The position numbers and the translations under genes are program-made. From an uncultured Nitrososphaerota archaeon (GTDB lineage Archaea > Thermoproteota > Nitrososphaeria > Nitrososphaerales > CADDZS01), in the NCBI GenBank assembly GCA_963799845.1, contig CAWCYI010000004.1:192001-256000 (forward strand): a stretch of 64,000 nucleotides of DNA, written 5' to 3'. Numbering within the stretch: position 1 is the first letter of the stretch; every line of letters begins with the position of its first letter. Positions 10,264 through 21,624 of this stretch are shown in pieces. Under the pieces are notes generated by a model. The model was not told the DNA's origin. It searched no databases and saw nothing but the letters and a program-made list of their open reading frames with translations.

Positions 10264-10560
10264 TTGTGCACCTTCTGCAATACTCATCTTGTCTCACAAA
10301 GAGATCGTAACGAGAAATTCTTCAATGGGGAAGAAATGTCGGACGATGAGATACTTGACTACTTACGAACGCAAGAAATGTTGGTAAAATCTTTTCCGGA
10401 AGAGTTCAATTCTGAAAATTATGCAGATGAAAGCCCATTTGATGTGCCGAACGGTAGAATTCGTATCTTGAACGCTTATCGCAACAAATCAGGAAGACTC
10501 GTTGTCGTTTTTCGAAGATTGGACGAGGAAGATACATTTCCCAGAGATCTAAAAGCATAA
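10264..10560 (+). CDS. Hypothetical protein (may continue the previous ORF)
   Basis: 98-aa ORF starting with CTFC. Confidence 0.45.
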   Translation: MCTFCNTHLVSQRDRNEKFFNGEEMSDDEILDYLRTQEMLVKSFPEEFNSENYADESPFDVPNGRIRILNAYRNKSGRLVVVFRRLDEEDTFPRDLKA

Positions 10561-10677
10561 CCAAGAACTCGGATGTTCCAAATTAACTTTTCAATTCTCT
10601 GAACTTGGATAATATATTCCAGTACGAATATTTCGAATCCTATAGTTTAGATCTTAGAATGGGCCAATTACTGTCGT

Positions 10678-11844
10678 ATGAGAGCCCTCGTCCTGTCTGG
10701 ATTTGGTGCCTCGATGTATTTCAGATCTAATCGTCTCGTCGTGAGGACGCGAGGAGAAAACGGGAACAAGATGCAGGTCCAGGAGTTCCGGGCGAACGAG
10801 GTCCCGTTTGACACCGTCGTTGTTGATTCCAGAAAGGGCTGGGTTTCTCTGGACGCGATGCTCTTTTGCAGCAAAATGGGGATAGGAATTGTCCAACTCA
10901 ACTGGGATGGAGACCTCTTGTACAGTTGTTTACCTCCGGCACCTGATTCCAATCAGTTGAGGCTCTGTCAGTACGAGTCTCATCTTGACAGACAAAAGAG
11001 GGTTTACATTTCTAATGTTATCGTAGCAGAGAAAATCAGACAACAACAAGCGTTGTTAACCGAACTTTCCAGATACTATCACTTTGAGTTGCCAAAAACA
11101 CAATCCTTCTCCTTTATCAAATCGCTTGATTTTCTAAGAAATGCAGAGGGAAGGTTCGCCGAACAATATTTCCAATGTCTCTCCAAAGTATTTGACGAGT
11201 TGGGATTTGAGTTTACAGGAAGAGCGAGGGGAACCAACAAACATAACATGAAATCCGCCCTTCCGGTATCCTCCGCCCTAAACTACGGCTATGGATTGCT
11301 CTACACACTAGTCAGACGGGTCGAAAACTCGATAGGACTGGACAGCAGCATTCCTTTTCTTCATGATTTGCGGAAAAACCGTGAAGGACTCACCTACGAC
11401 CTCTGCGAGAGCTGGAGAGCATTGATCGATTACGCAGTAATTCGTTTTTTCGAGTCCGAGGACATGAAAAATTGTTTCGTAATGACGGATGACTTCGAAT
11501 GTCTTCTGAGACCTGAAGCAACAAAGCGCTTGATTTCACTCGTCAGTGATGGTTTCAGCGAAATTGTAGAATACAGAAATGCCTTACTGACTCGTGAGAG
11601 AGTGATGACGCTCTCGTTTCGCAACTTTGCAAACTTTCTCGCAGGCAAAAATCAGAGTTTGGACCTGAAAATTCCATCTGTCTCGATAAAAAGGGATGAC
11701 TCACCGGATCTAAAGGAGAAAATTCTGACACACACGGCCCGAGAATTAGGCATGAACAAGTCGACCCACTTCTACATAAGAAAACGACTGCAAGAAGGAA
11801 AGCCTGTTCGAATCTATAGACGAACAAAGCAATATTTTGTCTGA
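10678..11844 (+). CDS. cas1: Casposase (solo Cas1 integrase) with C-terminal HTH
   Basis: Cas1 motifs NAEGRFAEQYF, SALNYGYGLL, FLHD and LTYDLCE; C-terminal ARELGMNKST HTH; no cas2 or CRISPR array; linked to PolB. Confidence 0.92.
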   Translation: MRALVLSGFGASMYFRSNRLVVRTRGENGNKMQVQEFRANEVPFDTVVVDSRKGWVSLDAMLFCSKMGIGIVQLNWDGDLLYSCLPPAPDSNQLRLCQYESHLDRQKRVYISNVIVAEKIRQQQALLTELSRYYHFELPKTQSFSFIKSLDFLRNAEGRFAEQYFQCLSKVFDELGFEFTGRARGTNKHNMKSALPVSSALNYGYGLLYTLVRRVENSIGLDSSIPFLHDLRKNREGLTYDLCESWRALIDYAVIRFFESEDMKNCFVMTDDFECLLRPEATKRLISLVSDGFSEIVEYRNALLTRERVMTLSFRNFANFLAGKNQSLDLKIPSVSIKRDDSPDLKEKILTHTARELGMNKSTHFYIRKRLQEGKPVRIYRRTKQYFV

Positions 11845-11941
11845 TTGTCCGTCCATGCTCGTGATACCGATGGGCTGCATGGGCATATGCCCATGACTGT
11901 TTACACCTGGAGAACGATCGCTAGAAAATTTGATCCAGTAA

Positions 11942-12241
11942 CTATTTCTCGATCTGAACCAGGTAGATGGGCTTATCGGCCTTTTCCCACCAATCATATT
12001 GAGTTATTCTGACCCATTGGACACCTGCTTTGAAGAAGTGAGTGTATGATCTTGCATCTCCCGTTATCAAATCACAATCGTTTTGTCTACAGTATGCAGC
12101 AATATTCTCGTCAAAACTACGCTGCGGAAGATCCTGATGTTTGCCCACCTGCAAAATATCCTGATACGTTGAGCGAAGTTCGTTCTCTTGCTCAGAACCC
12201 CATCCCAAAATGTCTTTGTCAATTACGACCTTGATAGCCAT
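11942..12241 (-). CDS. PIN-like (DUF5615/Mut7-C type) protein
   Basis: VVIDKD...DENIAAYCRQNDCDLITGD pattern. Confidence 0.7.
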   Translation of the reverse strand: MAIKVVIDKDILGWGSEQENELRSTYQDILQVGKHQDLPQRSFDENIAAYCRQNDCDLITGDARSYTHFFKAGVQWVRITQYDWWEKADKPIYLVQIEK

Positions 12242-12423
12242 ATCTCGTAGACTAAATTAACAGAAAAATTAGAGGATATTAAACTGGAGTACGCAGTTTT
12301 GGTTAGTTCTCTCATGCGATTTCTCCCACCATTGTTCGAAATTAGAATCAGAGAGGGAAATTATTCCAGTACGAATCTTTCGAGTACCAAAATTTACAGC
12401 TTAGTTAGGGCCAACACCCTTTT

Positions 12424-13425
12424 ATGATCGGAGATAAGGGCGAAGGCGAAAATAACGAACACCTAGTCGGAAAAATAACCGGGTTCACTGGCTCCGCAGG
12501 AAGTGGTTTGGGGACCATTTTCATCGACGGAAAACCGATAATGTGCGAAAATTCGACGACCGTGAGGGCGCTCGATGATGCTTTCGGCAATGTCATAACG
12601 AAAGACCACTCTGTGAACACAAGTTCGATAATCGGACGCACAATCGTTTACTCGATCGGCGATTACGGGCTGCTAGAATGGTTCCGACCGATAGACCCGG
12701 AGGACTTGCTCGTAGATCCTCCACTGCAAACAGACCAACCATCCAAAAAGTCTTCCGAGATGAAGTGTGCAAGCTGCGAAAAATTGCTCGAGGGTGAGGA
12801 ACCTTTCACGGGAGAATTCAGAACACACTACGAAGGTGAGCCTTTGTGCGAAACCTGCTACTACGAAGCGGACGTTGATGCAACGGTTGTGCAATCTGAC
12901 AGAGAAGAACAGATAATTACTTCAACCCGAAACGAAACCGATGGGGAATTCTGGGTTTCCTGGCACTCGACCGACGCCTGGAGGGGCTACTACGAAACAC
13001 ATTCTGAAAATTACTCCCTCGTGAATACCGCCGAACTATTGAATGGTCATGAATCCCAAGAGATGCTCAAGGATTTTGACGAGAAAATCAGACAAGCGTT
13101 TGAGGTAACTGGCATAGATTACACCAGAGTCTTTGCGAGAAGCTCAAACCTGTTTTACTCCAACTACGACCTCTATGTGAAGAAAGATCAGGTCATCCTA
13201 GCGCATTTAATTGTTCAAAAAGTGAAGGCAGAGGTCAATTACGACGACCCGAAATGGTATCAAGGAATCATCTTTGACTCAGATGCTCTAAAATCTCTGT
13301 CAGATCTGTTCCCTGAATTTTCCATAAAGAACGACAATGATGCAATGAAACTAGTGCAAGCTTATCGGGGCGACTTAGTCGGCGAGTTGCAGAAGAGAAT
13401 CGCCTCCAAGGGAGAAGTGAATTGA
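12424..13425 (+). CDS. Hypothetical protein with central Zn finger
   Basis: 333 aa; CASC...CETC. Confidence 0.7.
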   Translation: MIGDKGEGENNEHLVGKITGFTGSAGSGLGTIFIDGKPIMCENSTTVRALDDAFGNVITKDHSVNTSSIIGRTIVYSIGDYGLLEWFRPIDPEDLLVDPPLQTDQPSKKSSEMKCASCEKLLEGEEPFTGEFRTHYEGEPLCETCYYEADVDATVVQSDREEQIITSTRNETDGEFWVSWHSTDAWRGYYETHSENYSLVNTAELLNGHESQEMLKDFDEKIRQAFEVTGIDYTRVFARSSNLFYSNYDLYVKKDQVILAHLIVQKVKAEVNYDDPKWYQGIIFDSDALKSLSDLFPEFSIKNDNDAMKLVQAYRGDLVGELQKRIASKGEVN

Positions 13426-13426
13426 A

Positions 13427-13786
13427 GTGGTAAAATCTCCTTTGGACTATGATTTCAGGATTGGTCTCGATGATATCGAAGAACGAACTGCAAAACGGAC
13501 ACGATCTCAAAATTTTGAATTGTCTCTTGGGAAATCAATCTTTGACGAACCCAAGTCTAAGAAAGAACGTGAATCAGGGAAGAAAAGACAACGCGAAAAC
13601 CTGCGGCGCTACGCCTGGTTGTCAGGTAAAGTTTGCGCAGTAAGTCTCAGGCTTCTAGGAGAACTTTTGGTTTGGACCGGCGAAAAATCAAAAGTCGGAG
13701 GCCACAGACTGGACGAATTTGCGACGCAAGTCAAACCCAGGAAAACATCATTGAGAAAGGGCACTAGAACGCTTGTGGGTCGATGA
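13427..13786 (+). CDS. Hypothetical basic protein
   Basis: Operonic spacing with neighbours. Confidence 0.45.
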   Translation: MVKSPLDYDFRIGLDDIEERTAKRTRSQNFELSLGKSIFDEPKSKKERESGKKRQRENLRRYAWLSGKVCAVSLRLLGELLVWTGEKSKVGGHRLDEFATQVKPRKTSLRKGTRTLVGR

Positions 13787-14151
13787 GGTGTCTCAATATG
13801 ATTATTGGGATATTCTGCCCCTCCGACAGGCTTGAGTTCTTCATCAAACGATTGAAATTGACGGGCTATCGAGTAATGGAATATACCGCGTTTTCTTTAG
13901 CAGTTCTTAGCAACTTGGATTCTTTGGAGATTCTGATTATGCACGCTCCGCATCCTCGTGTCGTCCCCAATGACCTAACTCATAACGTGCAACTTTGCGT
14001 GCTAGCGTTTGGCAACAAAAATATCATTATAAGTGATAACGAATCCGCTGCAAAAATTCCGCTTGAAAAATTGGACGAAATTGACTTGCTGTATGGAGAT
14101 TACAAAAAATACGAAATGAGATTCCAGAAAACGCCTTTCTACATTGGATAG
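13783..14151 (+). CDS. Hypothetical protein
   Basis: ATGA overlap with the previous ORF. Confidence 0.5.
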   Translation: MRCLNMIIGIFCPSDRLEFFIKRLKLTGYRVMEYTAFSLAVLSNLDSLEILIMHAPHPRVVPNDLTHNVQLCVLAFGNKNIIISDNESAAKIPLEKLDEIDLLYGDYKKYEMRFQKTPFYIG

Positions 14152-14394
14152 CCCAGTCTCAAATAAAGAAAAAGAGGGGACAGGGCGCGATTTCCACGCC
14201 CATTGAGTCTAATTTCGTTTGCTTCTTCCGTTGCGCAGATCTCTGATAATTGACGAAGTACTCCAGATGAGCAGTGGAACGCCCACCAGGAGAGAGACTG
14301 CCGCAACGACGAGCCAGATATCTGAGGATGGAATTGGGCTCATCAAGCAATATTGGACGGGTGTCAGCTAAAGCTCTTTCGGTGAACAAGAAAA

Positions 14395-14628
14395 TTGATC
14401 ACATCTCAATTAGAAAATTCCTGTTTTTGGTGTGGTAACCAAACAGTTGTGTTGGACTCAGACAGAGGTGAGGTCGTCTGCAGCTATTGCGGCATTGTCG
14501 TGATGGATAGGATCGAAGAAATAGCGCCAGGATGGAGAAATGCGGCTCGACGACTCGGGACTCCACCACTTGCAATTTACAACATGGGACTGGGTTCAAT
14601 AATTGGATATCAGGTGAAGCGATCGTGA
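14395..14628 (+). CDS. TFB N-terminal Zn-ribbon/B-reader-only protein (or truncated tfb)
   Basis: CFWCG..VVLDSDRGEVVCSYCGIVV..IEEIAPGWR...MGLGSIIG matches the TFB N-terminus; stops before the cyclin folds. Confidence 0.7.
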   Translation: MITSQLENSCFWCGNQTVVLDSDRGEVVCSYCGIVVMDRIEEIAPGWRNAARRLGTPPLAIYNMGLGSIIGYQVKRS

Positions 14629-14692
14629 TGTACGGACCCGTTTGGGATTTCTAACACTGACATGGGTTTGGAAGGGGACCACTTGTTATCTA

Positions 14693-15816
14693 ACCTGGCC
14701 GACATAAGTTCATAGACACCTGTTGGTCAGAAGGAATTTCTTCATGTCAAGATGCGAGCAAAACCTTCGCGTTCGATAGTATTCTGCCAGGATTGATTTC
14801 AGTTCTTTCAATGACGTCGGAAAGGTTGGAAGCCTTGAGAGATCCTTCTCACCCTCGCGCCAACACTCCTCCATCATGTTGAACTCTGGCGAAGCTGTCG
14901 GGATCCATCTGACTCTGAGAGTCTTCCTGTTCTTACCCAAATAATCAGTTACGATCCTGGTTTTGTGGTGTTGCCTTGCTTTGTCAAGGAAGAGATAGAG
15001 TGATCCAAACTTCCTGTGCACCTTCTTCAGGTAGTCGAGGAATGTCTCGCCATTGAATTTCTCGTACTGCCTGAAGATTTGTGTCCCGTCCAGGCTGATC
15101 GCTCCAAACACCACGGTGTTGCCGTGCGAGCCTGACACAATCCGAATCGGTCGAATCCCTTTGACCGCCCACACCCTTTTGGTTTCTATGTTCTGGACGA
15201 AGATTGATTCGTCTTCGGATGCTACGGTGAAGCCTTCCGGGATATTCCTGAGGAGTCTTGCGGTCCTTTTTTAAATTCGAGCCTCTCTTCGAGGGAAGCC
15301 TTGTGAAGTAACCTCTTGTCAGGGACAATTGCTCTCACTCCCCACTTCTGCATCAACCTGTAGATGTGTCTCTCAGTGTATGCCACGTCTGCTTCCTTGC
15401 GGATCATCTCCCTGACCTCCTTCACGGTCCAGCCGCATTCGTTCTTCACGACCTTCCTCTTCACCGCAATGAACTTGTTGTGATCGAGCTTCGGAGGTCT
15501 CCCGCTCCTTTCCATCGTCTTGAGTCCTTCTAGCCCATCTTTCTCGAAACGTCTAAGCCACGGTGTCGTCCATGATTTGTGCCGGTGAACTTCCCTTGCT
15601 ACGTGCGACGCCGGGACACCCTCGTACTTGACCTTCAGAACGAGGAATATCCTCTTGCTTACGTTTGCGTCCCTCTCCTCTCTATAAGCCTCTTCAACAA
15701 TCTCCTTCGGTGCCTGTAATCGAGACATACAACCTGAGATAGGAAGGGAAGTTGGCCAAAAATGAGAATGTCTAGGTCTGTGGCCCTTTCAGTCTAATAA
15801 TTTATGTCGGCCAGGT
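14693..15816 (-). mobile_element. IS630-family insertion sequence, copy 1 (1124 bp)
   Basis: TIR ACCTGGCCGACATAA, TA flanks at 14691-92 and 15817-18; HTH ORF 15222-15728 plus DDE ORF ending 14710. Confidence 0.93.
14710..15728 (-). CDS. IS630 transposase (programmed -1 frameshift)
   Basis: ORF A (HTH) and ORF B (EDES...LDKARQH...SPEFNMME) joined at TTTAAAAAAG; same in both copies. Confidence 0.88.
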
Positions 15817-18551
15817 TAATTCACAGTGGTCGTCAAACGAACAGATCTGACAAGTTCTTCGAAGTTGTAATAGTCATGTTTCTCGAAAATTTCTTGAGGT
15901 ACTTTGATTGTTCGCCAATCTTCTTTAGTCATAATGGATACATCTTTGCACCACTTGGTCATTGCCGCCTCCTTCTGATCAGTATCTGGATACTCCCTTC
16001 CTTTCGTTTCGATAATCCAATTTATGACCCCTTTAGGAGTTTTTTGCACAGCTACAAAATCGGGATAATAAAATCGAATTCCACCGGCTTTACTCAGATA
16101 ATCGATTTTGAAACCTGTAAATGTTTCAGCGAAGGCAGCGAACTTTACAATGTCATTGTCCTTTCTATCAAGGAATTCTGCGAAATGTGACTCGAAATTG
16201 TTGAAAGTTGCGACGTAATTGAAAATGGATTTGCTCGGATTCTTCACATGCTTGCGTCTCCAAGTGAAAGGAATTGTTTTTGATAATACGACTCCCGTCT
16301 GTTTTAGAACGACCGGCTTTTGTTCCACTACAGCTTGTCCTACAGCTATGGCTAGAATATTAGAAATTTCGTTTTGAATGATAGGATCTGCGATCCTTTT
16401 TCGAACCTTGGCGCTTTCAAGATCAACAACTTTTCCGAAGCATTTCCTTGAAACATATTCATTAACTATCGGATAGAGATCAGAAAACCTTCCCGAGACT
16501 AGCTTCGCCTTCTTTAAAGCGTCAGATGTTATTCTTGCAATAGATTCGGAGGAAGGAGGTGCATAGTCGTATTGTATTGTTGATTCTCCGACTATGGTTT
16601 CGGTTATTGGGAACTCCATTCGGAGTCGAATCTTTTGATCTTCAGGCAGGGAAGAATTCAGTAATGAGTCTATTTTCATTGGATCGATCGAAGACAGGAC
16701 TTTGTAGTTGTGAGAATATTGCAATTCAGTTTGAGGAATCTCTACGTCATATTCAATCTTCGACTTCAGTGGTTCAACGACAATCGAAGGGATCGGATTC
16801 TCAACAGTCCTAATTCCAACACCTTCAGTTTCAAGTAATTTGACAAAATCCTCAAAGGCCTTTGTGCCGATAACTTCTAGCACTTGAAAGTTGTCCGGAC
16901 TAATTCCCGTCATCAGTCTCAGTCCACGTCCAACAGCTTGCTCTGGGAGAATTTGCGCTTTGGATGTAAATGGTCTTAGACCTAGTATCACAGTTACATT
17001 TTGTACGTCCCAACCTTCCCTAAGCATAAGAACGCTGACTATAATCTTGATCTTGTTTTTTGTTTTGTCAATGTCCATTGCCGTCTTCCGCAACTCTTCG
17101 ATATCGCCTGTCCTTACTTCACCCTTAAGATCGGTGTGAATTACAAGAACTTCCTCCTTCCTTACTCCTTTTTGTTTTTTGATCATCTCCGCTAAAGTAT
17201 CTGCAAATGCATTTTTTTCTGCCATTATGAAAAGGACTGGTTTCTTACCAACCTTGGCATATAGTTCACAATGAAGTTTCCATCTTTCAAGAGCAGAAAT
17301 GATCCATGGAGTATAAACCTCTGCAACATTTTCTTGCGTTATCCGTTCAGGATTCGGATCCTTGTTCGTAACCCGATGAACGATAATCGGCACTTTGACG
17401 ATAAGATCCTCTACCGCTTGAGCTAATGGATAATCGACGACGATCCAAGGGTAATAAGAACCATTTTGATCTTTGGGTGTCGCTGAGAAATCAAGCCATA
17501 ACTTGAGACCGCCGGGTGTTGAATGGTGAATCGTCAGAAGTGTCTTAGTCCATTCTAATTCTTCATCGTGTACGTGGTGGGCCTCATCGTTCATCACCAT
17601 TAGATTTTGAACTGTCATCACGCGGTCAAGAATAGAGAGAGAAGGCTTGTCAATATCGGTCTGTGCGGGTTTACCAAGAATTCTTTGAACTACGTTTTGA
17701 GGATCCCACTTGTCCTTTGGTCTGGATTGAAGCTGTTGAACATTTTGAATGAAAATAGTACCACTGGATTTTGGCATTCCAGGATTCCCCCTGCCGATTA
17801 CTTTGATGTTCCAATTGTCGATCCATTCGGGAGGAATAAGAGGGAGGCTTCTGAAAATTGCGCCATCAATGAAATCTCTTTGCAATCTTTCAAGCACGAT
17901 GACATTAGGAGCAACGATGAGGAAATTGTCGGCGTACCGATTTTGCTTTTCTTTAATTCGATTAAAATCAGCTCCAAACTACGGCAAGCGCCATCACAAG
18001 AGTCTTTCCAGAACCTGTGGCCATTTTGAAAGCATACCTAATCAAGTTGGGCTCCGGAATTTCTTGTGTTACATCTTGTCCGTGCTCCGAAGAGTACCTT
18101 CGAATAGACCTCTTTCCGTCAGGGGTAACCTGAAACTCAAGTCCTGTCCCCGTCAGGAAGTTTTGTTCAATTGTAGAAAATTCAGCAATGACAGGTTTTA
18201 GATCAGATACCCCTTAACTTCGAAAAGAAAAATGAGAGTTTCAATAGCTTCGCGCTGACAAAAGTAGTATCTGAAACGCTCTTTACTTACGATATGATCT
18301 TCTTCGAACCAGTAGGTAAGAAGCCTTCTCGTCGTTTCGGAAATTCCGACAGGAATTGTGTAATTAGAAGATCTCCAAGCAAGGACTTGGCTTCTAATCT
18401 TCTCAACAAGAAGGATATTACTCGGCCTCCGGCCGTTGACGATAGCATAGCCGTCACCTTCCTTTTCGAGATACGATTCGGGCCTTGAGTAGGGCTCCCT
18501 ATCTGGTATGATCGGAAGAGAACGGTCATAGGAAACAATGGGCTTTGGCAA
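15816..18551 (-). CDS. res: Type III restriction enzyme Res subunit (frameshifts at ~17900-18200)
   Basis: RYYFCQREAIET (ORF 18198-18551), out-of-frame KMATGSGKT near 18000-18040, DEAHH, LREGWDV, EQAVGRGLR, and nuclease YPDF...IETKG. Confidence 0.88.
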
Positions 18552-20513
18552 TTATATTCTAACCTCGAATAGCCGAGAGCTGTCGATTCCAAAAACGTCT
18601 ACAATTTTCAGAACTACGCGATATAATCCACGCTTCAAGTAAACATGGTTTGTCGATTTAACGCTCAAAGTCGGTTTCTCTTGTGTTCGATAGCAGGACC
18701 ACTGATTCATGAAAGTATCATTTTGAAAATCAAAATCAAGGGCCCAGTAGTCGATGAGATCTGACCAGTGCTTAATTTTCAAGCTTTCCGGAATTAGCTC
18801 TGGATTGGGTATTGCGAAATCTAGTAATTCCACTTCGAGAGAATTTTCGTTAATATGAGTCATTGCTTTGATGTATGCTAGGTCATAGAATTCCACTTCA
18901 TCTGCTTTTTGAAGATCAGCCTGAATCACTTCTTTTGGAATAACCAGAAGTCGGAGTTTGATCTTTTGATTTTTGGCCTCTAATTTCACGAGATCGTCTA
19001 ATCCCATTTCCCATTCCCAGCCCAGGATGTGCAATTCAGTCTGCTTAGTTTCTGAACATTCTCTTATCGCGGAAATCACTTCTTCAATCGTTACTGGTGA
19101 ATCAACTGCCCCAACATGCACTAATGCGCCACCTTTTCTTCCATGAATGGATTGGAACCCTGCTATGGGCTCTGCTTTGTATAATCGTAAAATGAAGGCA
19201 AGGTACTGATACAAAACGGTCCGATCCGAATTGGCAGAAAACGTAGTGCTTTGCCACACTTGTCGCTCATATTTTCCCAAATTCAAGATCTCGAATGGCT
19301 TACAGTTCTCCATTTCTAGAAGGCGCTTTCTAGAAGCGTGGATAGCAAAACGACTCAGGTCGCAGCCAATCCAACGTCTTCCTAATCGTTCAGCGACCGT
19401 TAACGTTGTGCCAGATCCGCAAAAAAAGTCAGCAACCACATCATTAGGATTCGACGAACTCGAAATAATTCGTTCTAGAAGTGCCTCTGGCTTCTGCGTC
19501 GGGTAACCAAGTCTCTCCTTCGAAGTGGCATAGATAGGAGGGACGTCAGTCCAAAGGTTCTGCAGAGGCTGACCTTCGTTTGAATCTAAGTAAGTCTTCC
19601 GTTGGATTCGCCCATCTTTACTCTTTGGAAAGACTAGTCTTCCTTCCACATCGAGCTGTTTCATAACTTCGAGGGACACTGCCCAGCCATTTGGATGAGG
19701 TTTGTAACCCTTGTAATCGTAGGTTAGATTAGGGCGCGGATGAGGACTGCGGAAGTCTGATAGTCGATATCGACGGCCGTCGGGCTCTGTAAATCGATAG
19801 AATTGCTCGATATACTCTTTCGAGAGAGGGGTGTATTGTGGGTTCCATGTGTATTTTTCCGACTTTACATAGTAGAGAATACGATCTGTGATATTGCCGA
19901 AGTTTTTGGGATCGTTGTGCGATGATGTGCGCTTCCAGATTATTTCACTCAGGAAATTCTCTTCTCCGAAAAGCTCATCCATAACGACCTTGACGTAATG
20001 AACCATATTTGCATCCAAATGGACATAGATTGAACCTTGAGCAGAAAGTAGATCTCTCATGAGAGATAGCCTTTCATAAATCATCTGAACATATGATGAT
20101 CTCCCTTCCCCCCAGGTGTCATTGTAGACTTTCATTTCGATAGTTGACGGACTCTTAGTTACTTCTTGTTCACCGATTTCTGTCCTAAAAGAAAAATCAG
20201 CCCCAGTCGCAAAGGGAGGATCGATGTATATTAGATCAAGTTTGCCAGCAAATTTTTCGGCAAGTGAAGAGATCACATACTTGTTTTCGCCCCAGATGAG
20301 CTTGTTTTTCCAACCTGCATCGAATGTCTGGCCCGGGTCTCCTTCCCAGACGTTAAACAACGTCTGTTGCAGTCCGTCATGCTTTCTATTTTCGCGGGCT
20401 GATGTACTTTCATTGATTGTCTCTATGATTTGAAAGGGAAGATTCACATGATGTAATTCTCGTTGCATTCCCTGCTCGTCGAACTTTAGCGGCCAAACTA
20501 ACCTGGCCGACAT
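18552..20513 (-). CDS. mod: Type III R-M DNA methyltransferase (Mod), copy A; native first 10 codons displaced by IS630
   Basis: IYIDPPF, YPTQKPE and DFFCGSGTT; native start TTG at 21657 (MVNINIRDTE) lies beyond the IS. Confidence 0.9.
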   Translation of the reverse strand: MSARLVWPLKFDEQGMQRELHHVNLPFQIIETINESTSARENRKHDGLQQTLFNVWEGDPGQTFDAGWKNKLIWGENKYVISSLAEKFAGKLDLIYIDPPFATGADFSFRTEIGEQEVTKSPSTIEMKVYNDTWGEGRSSYVQMIYERLSLMRDLLSAQGSIYVHLDANMVHYVKVVMDELFGEENFLSEIIWKRTSSHNDPKNFGNITDRILYYVKSEKYTWNPQYTPLSKEYIEQFYRFTEPDGRRYRLSDFRSPHPRPNLTYDYKGYKPHPNGWAVSLEVMKQLDVEGRLVFPKSKDGRIQRKTYLDSNEGQPLQNLWTDVPPIYATSKERLGYPTQKPEALLERIISSSSNPNDVVADFFCGSGTTLTVAERLGRRWIGCDLSRFAIHASRKRLLEMENCKPFEILNLGKYERQVWQSTTFSANSDRTVLYQYLAFILRLYKAEPIAGFQSIHGRKGGALVHVGAVDSPVTIEEVISAIRECSETKQTELHILGWEWEMGLDDLVKLEAKNQKIKLRLLVIPKEVIQADLQKADEVEFYDLAYIKAMTHINENSLEVELLDFAIPNPELIPESLKIKHWSDLIDYWALDFDFQNDTFMNQWSCYRTQEKPTLSVKSTNHVYLKRGLYRVVLKIVDVFGIDSSRLFEVRI

Positions 20514-21624
20514 AAATTATTAGACTGAAAGGGCCACAGACCTAGACATTCTCATTTTTGGCCAACTTCCCTTCCTATCTCAGGTTGTATGTCTCGATTA
20601 CAGGCACCGAAGGAGATTGTTGAAGAGGCTTATAGAGAGGAGAGGGACGCAAACGTAAGCAAGAGGATATTCCTCGTTCTGAAGGTCAAGTACGAGGGTG
20701 TCCCGGCGTCGCACGTAGCAAGGGAAGTTCACCGGCACAAATCATGGACGACACCGTGGCTTAGACGTTTCGAGAAAGATGGGCTAGAAGGACTCAAGAC
20801 GATGGAAAGGAGCGGGAGACCTCCGAAGCTCGATCACAACAAGTTCATTGCGGTGAAGAGGAAGGTCGTGAAGAACGAATGCGGCTGGACCGTGAAGGAG
20901 GTCAGGGAGATGATCCGCAAGGAAGCAGACGTGGCATACACTGAGAGACACATCTACAGGTTGATGCAGAAGTGGGGAGTGAGAGCAATTGTCCCTGACA
21001 AGAGGTTACTTCACAAGGCTTCCCTCGAAGAGAGGCTCGAATTTAAAAAAGGACCGCAAGACTCCTCAGGAATATCCCGGAAGGCTTCACCGTAGCATCC
21101 GAAGACGAATCAATCTTCGTCCAGAACATAGAAACCAAAAGGGTGTGGGCGGTCAAAGGGATTCGACCGATTCGGATTGTGTCAGGCTCGCACGGCAACA
21201 CCGTGGTGTTTGGAGCGATCAGCCTGGACGGGACACAAATCTTCAGGCAGTACGAGAAATTCAATGGCGAGACATTCCTCGACTACCTGAAGAAGGTGCA
21301 CAGGAAGTTTGGATCACTCTATCTCTTCCTTGACAAAGCAAGGCAACACCACAAAACCAGGATCGTAACTGATTATTTGGGTAAGAACAGGAAGACTCTC
21401 AGAGTCAGATGGATCCCGACAGCTTCGCCAGAGTTCAACATGATGGAGGAGTGTTGGCGCGAGGGTGAGAAGGATCTCTCAAGGCTTCCAACCTTTCCGA
21501 CGTCATTGAAAGAACTGAAATCAATCCTGGCAGAATACTATCGAACGCGAAGGTTTTGCTCGCATCTTGACATGAAGAAATTCCTTCTGACCAACAGGTG
21601 TCTATGAACTTATGTCGGCCAGGT
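20501..21624 (+). mobile_element. IS630-family insertion sequence, copy 2 (1124 bp), inverted relative to copy 1
   Basis: Same TIRs, length and translated ORFs; TA flanks at 20499-500 and 21625-26. Confidence 0.93.
20589..21607 (+). CDS. IS630 transposase (programmed -1 frameshift at A6G 21045-21051)
   Basis: Identical translation to copy 1. Confidence 0.88.

Larger units (their letters stand above)
10615..12414 (+). repeat. ~52-bp imperfect direct repeat pair (10615-10667 and 12362-12414), promoter/operator-like
   Basis: TATTCCAGTACGAAT(A/C)TTTCGA...CTTAG...GGGCCAA, starting 63 and 62 nt upstream of the ATGs of cas1 and ORF 12424. Confidence 0.75.
3324..14151 (+). mobile_element. Core module of a pPolB-encoding casposon; may extend with cargo to ~41588, left end not seen
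   Basis: Co-oriented polB plus solo cas1 is the defining casposon gene pair. Confidence 0.75.

Noticed and set aside
12325-12333. CCCACCATT as another TSD copy
   Set aside because: Only 9 of 13 bases match and there is no adjacent TIR-like sequence.
15817-20500. Segment already inverted by the two IS630 copies
   Set aside because: The modA frame continues correctly across copy 2 and the res stop codon is reconstituted across copy 1, so the native orientation is retained.
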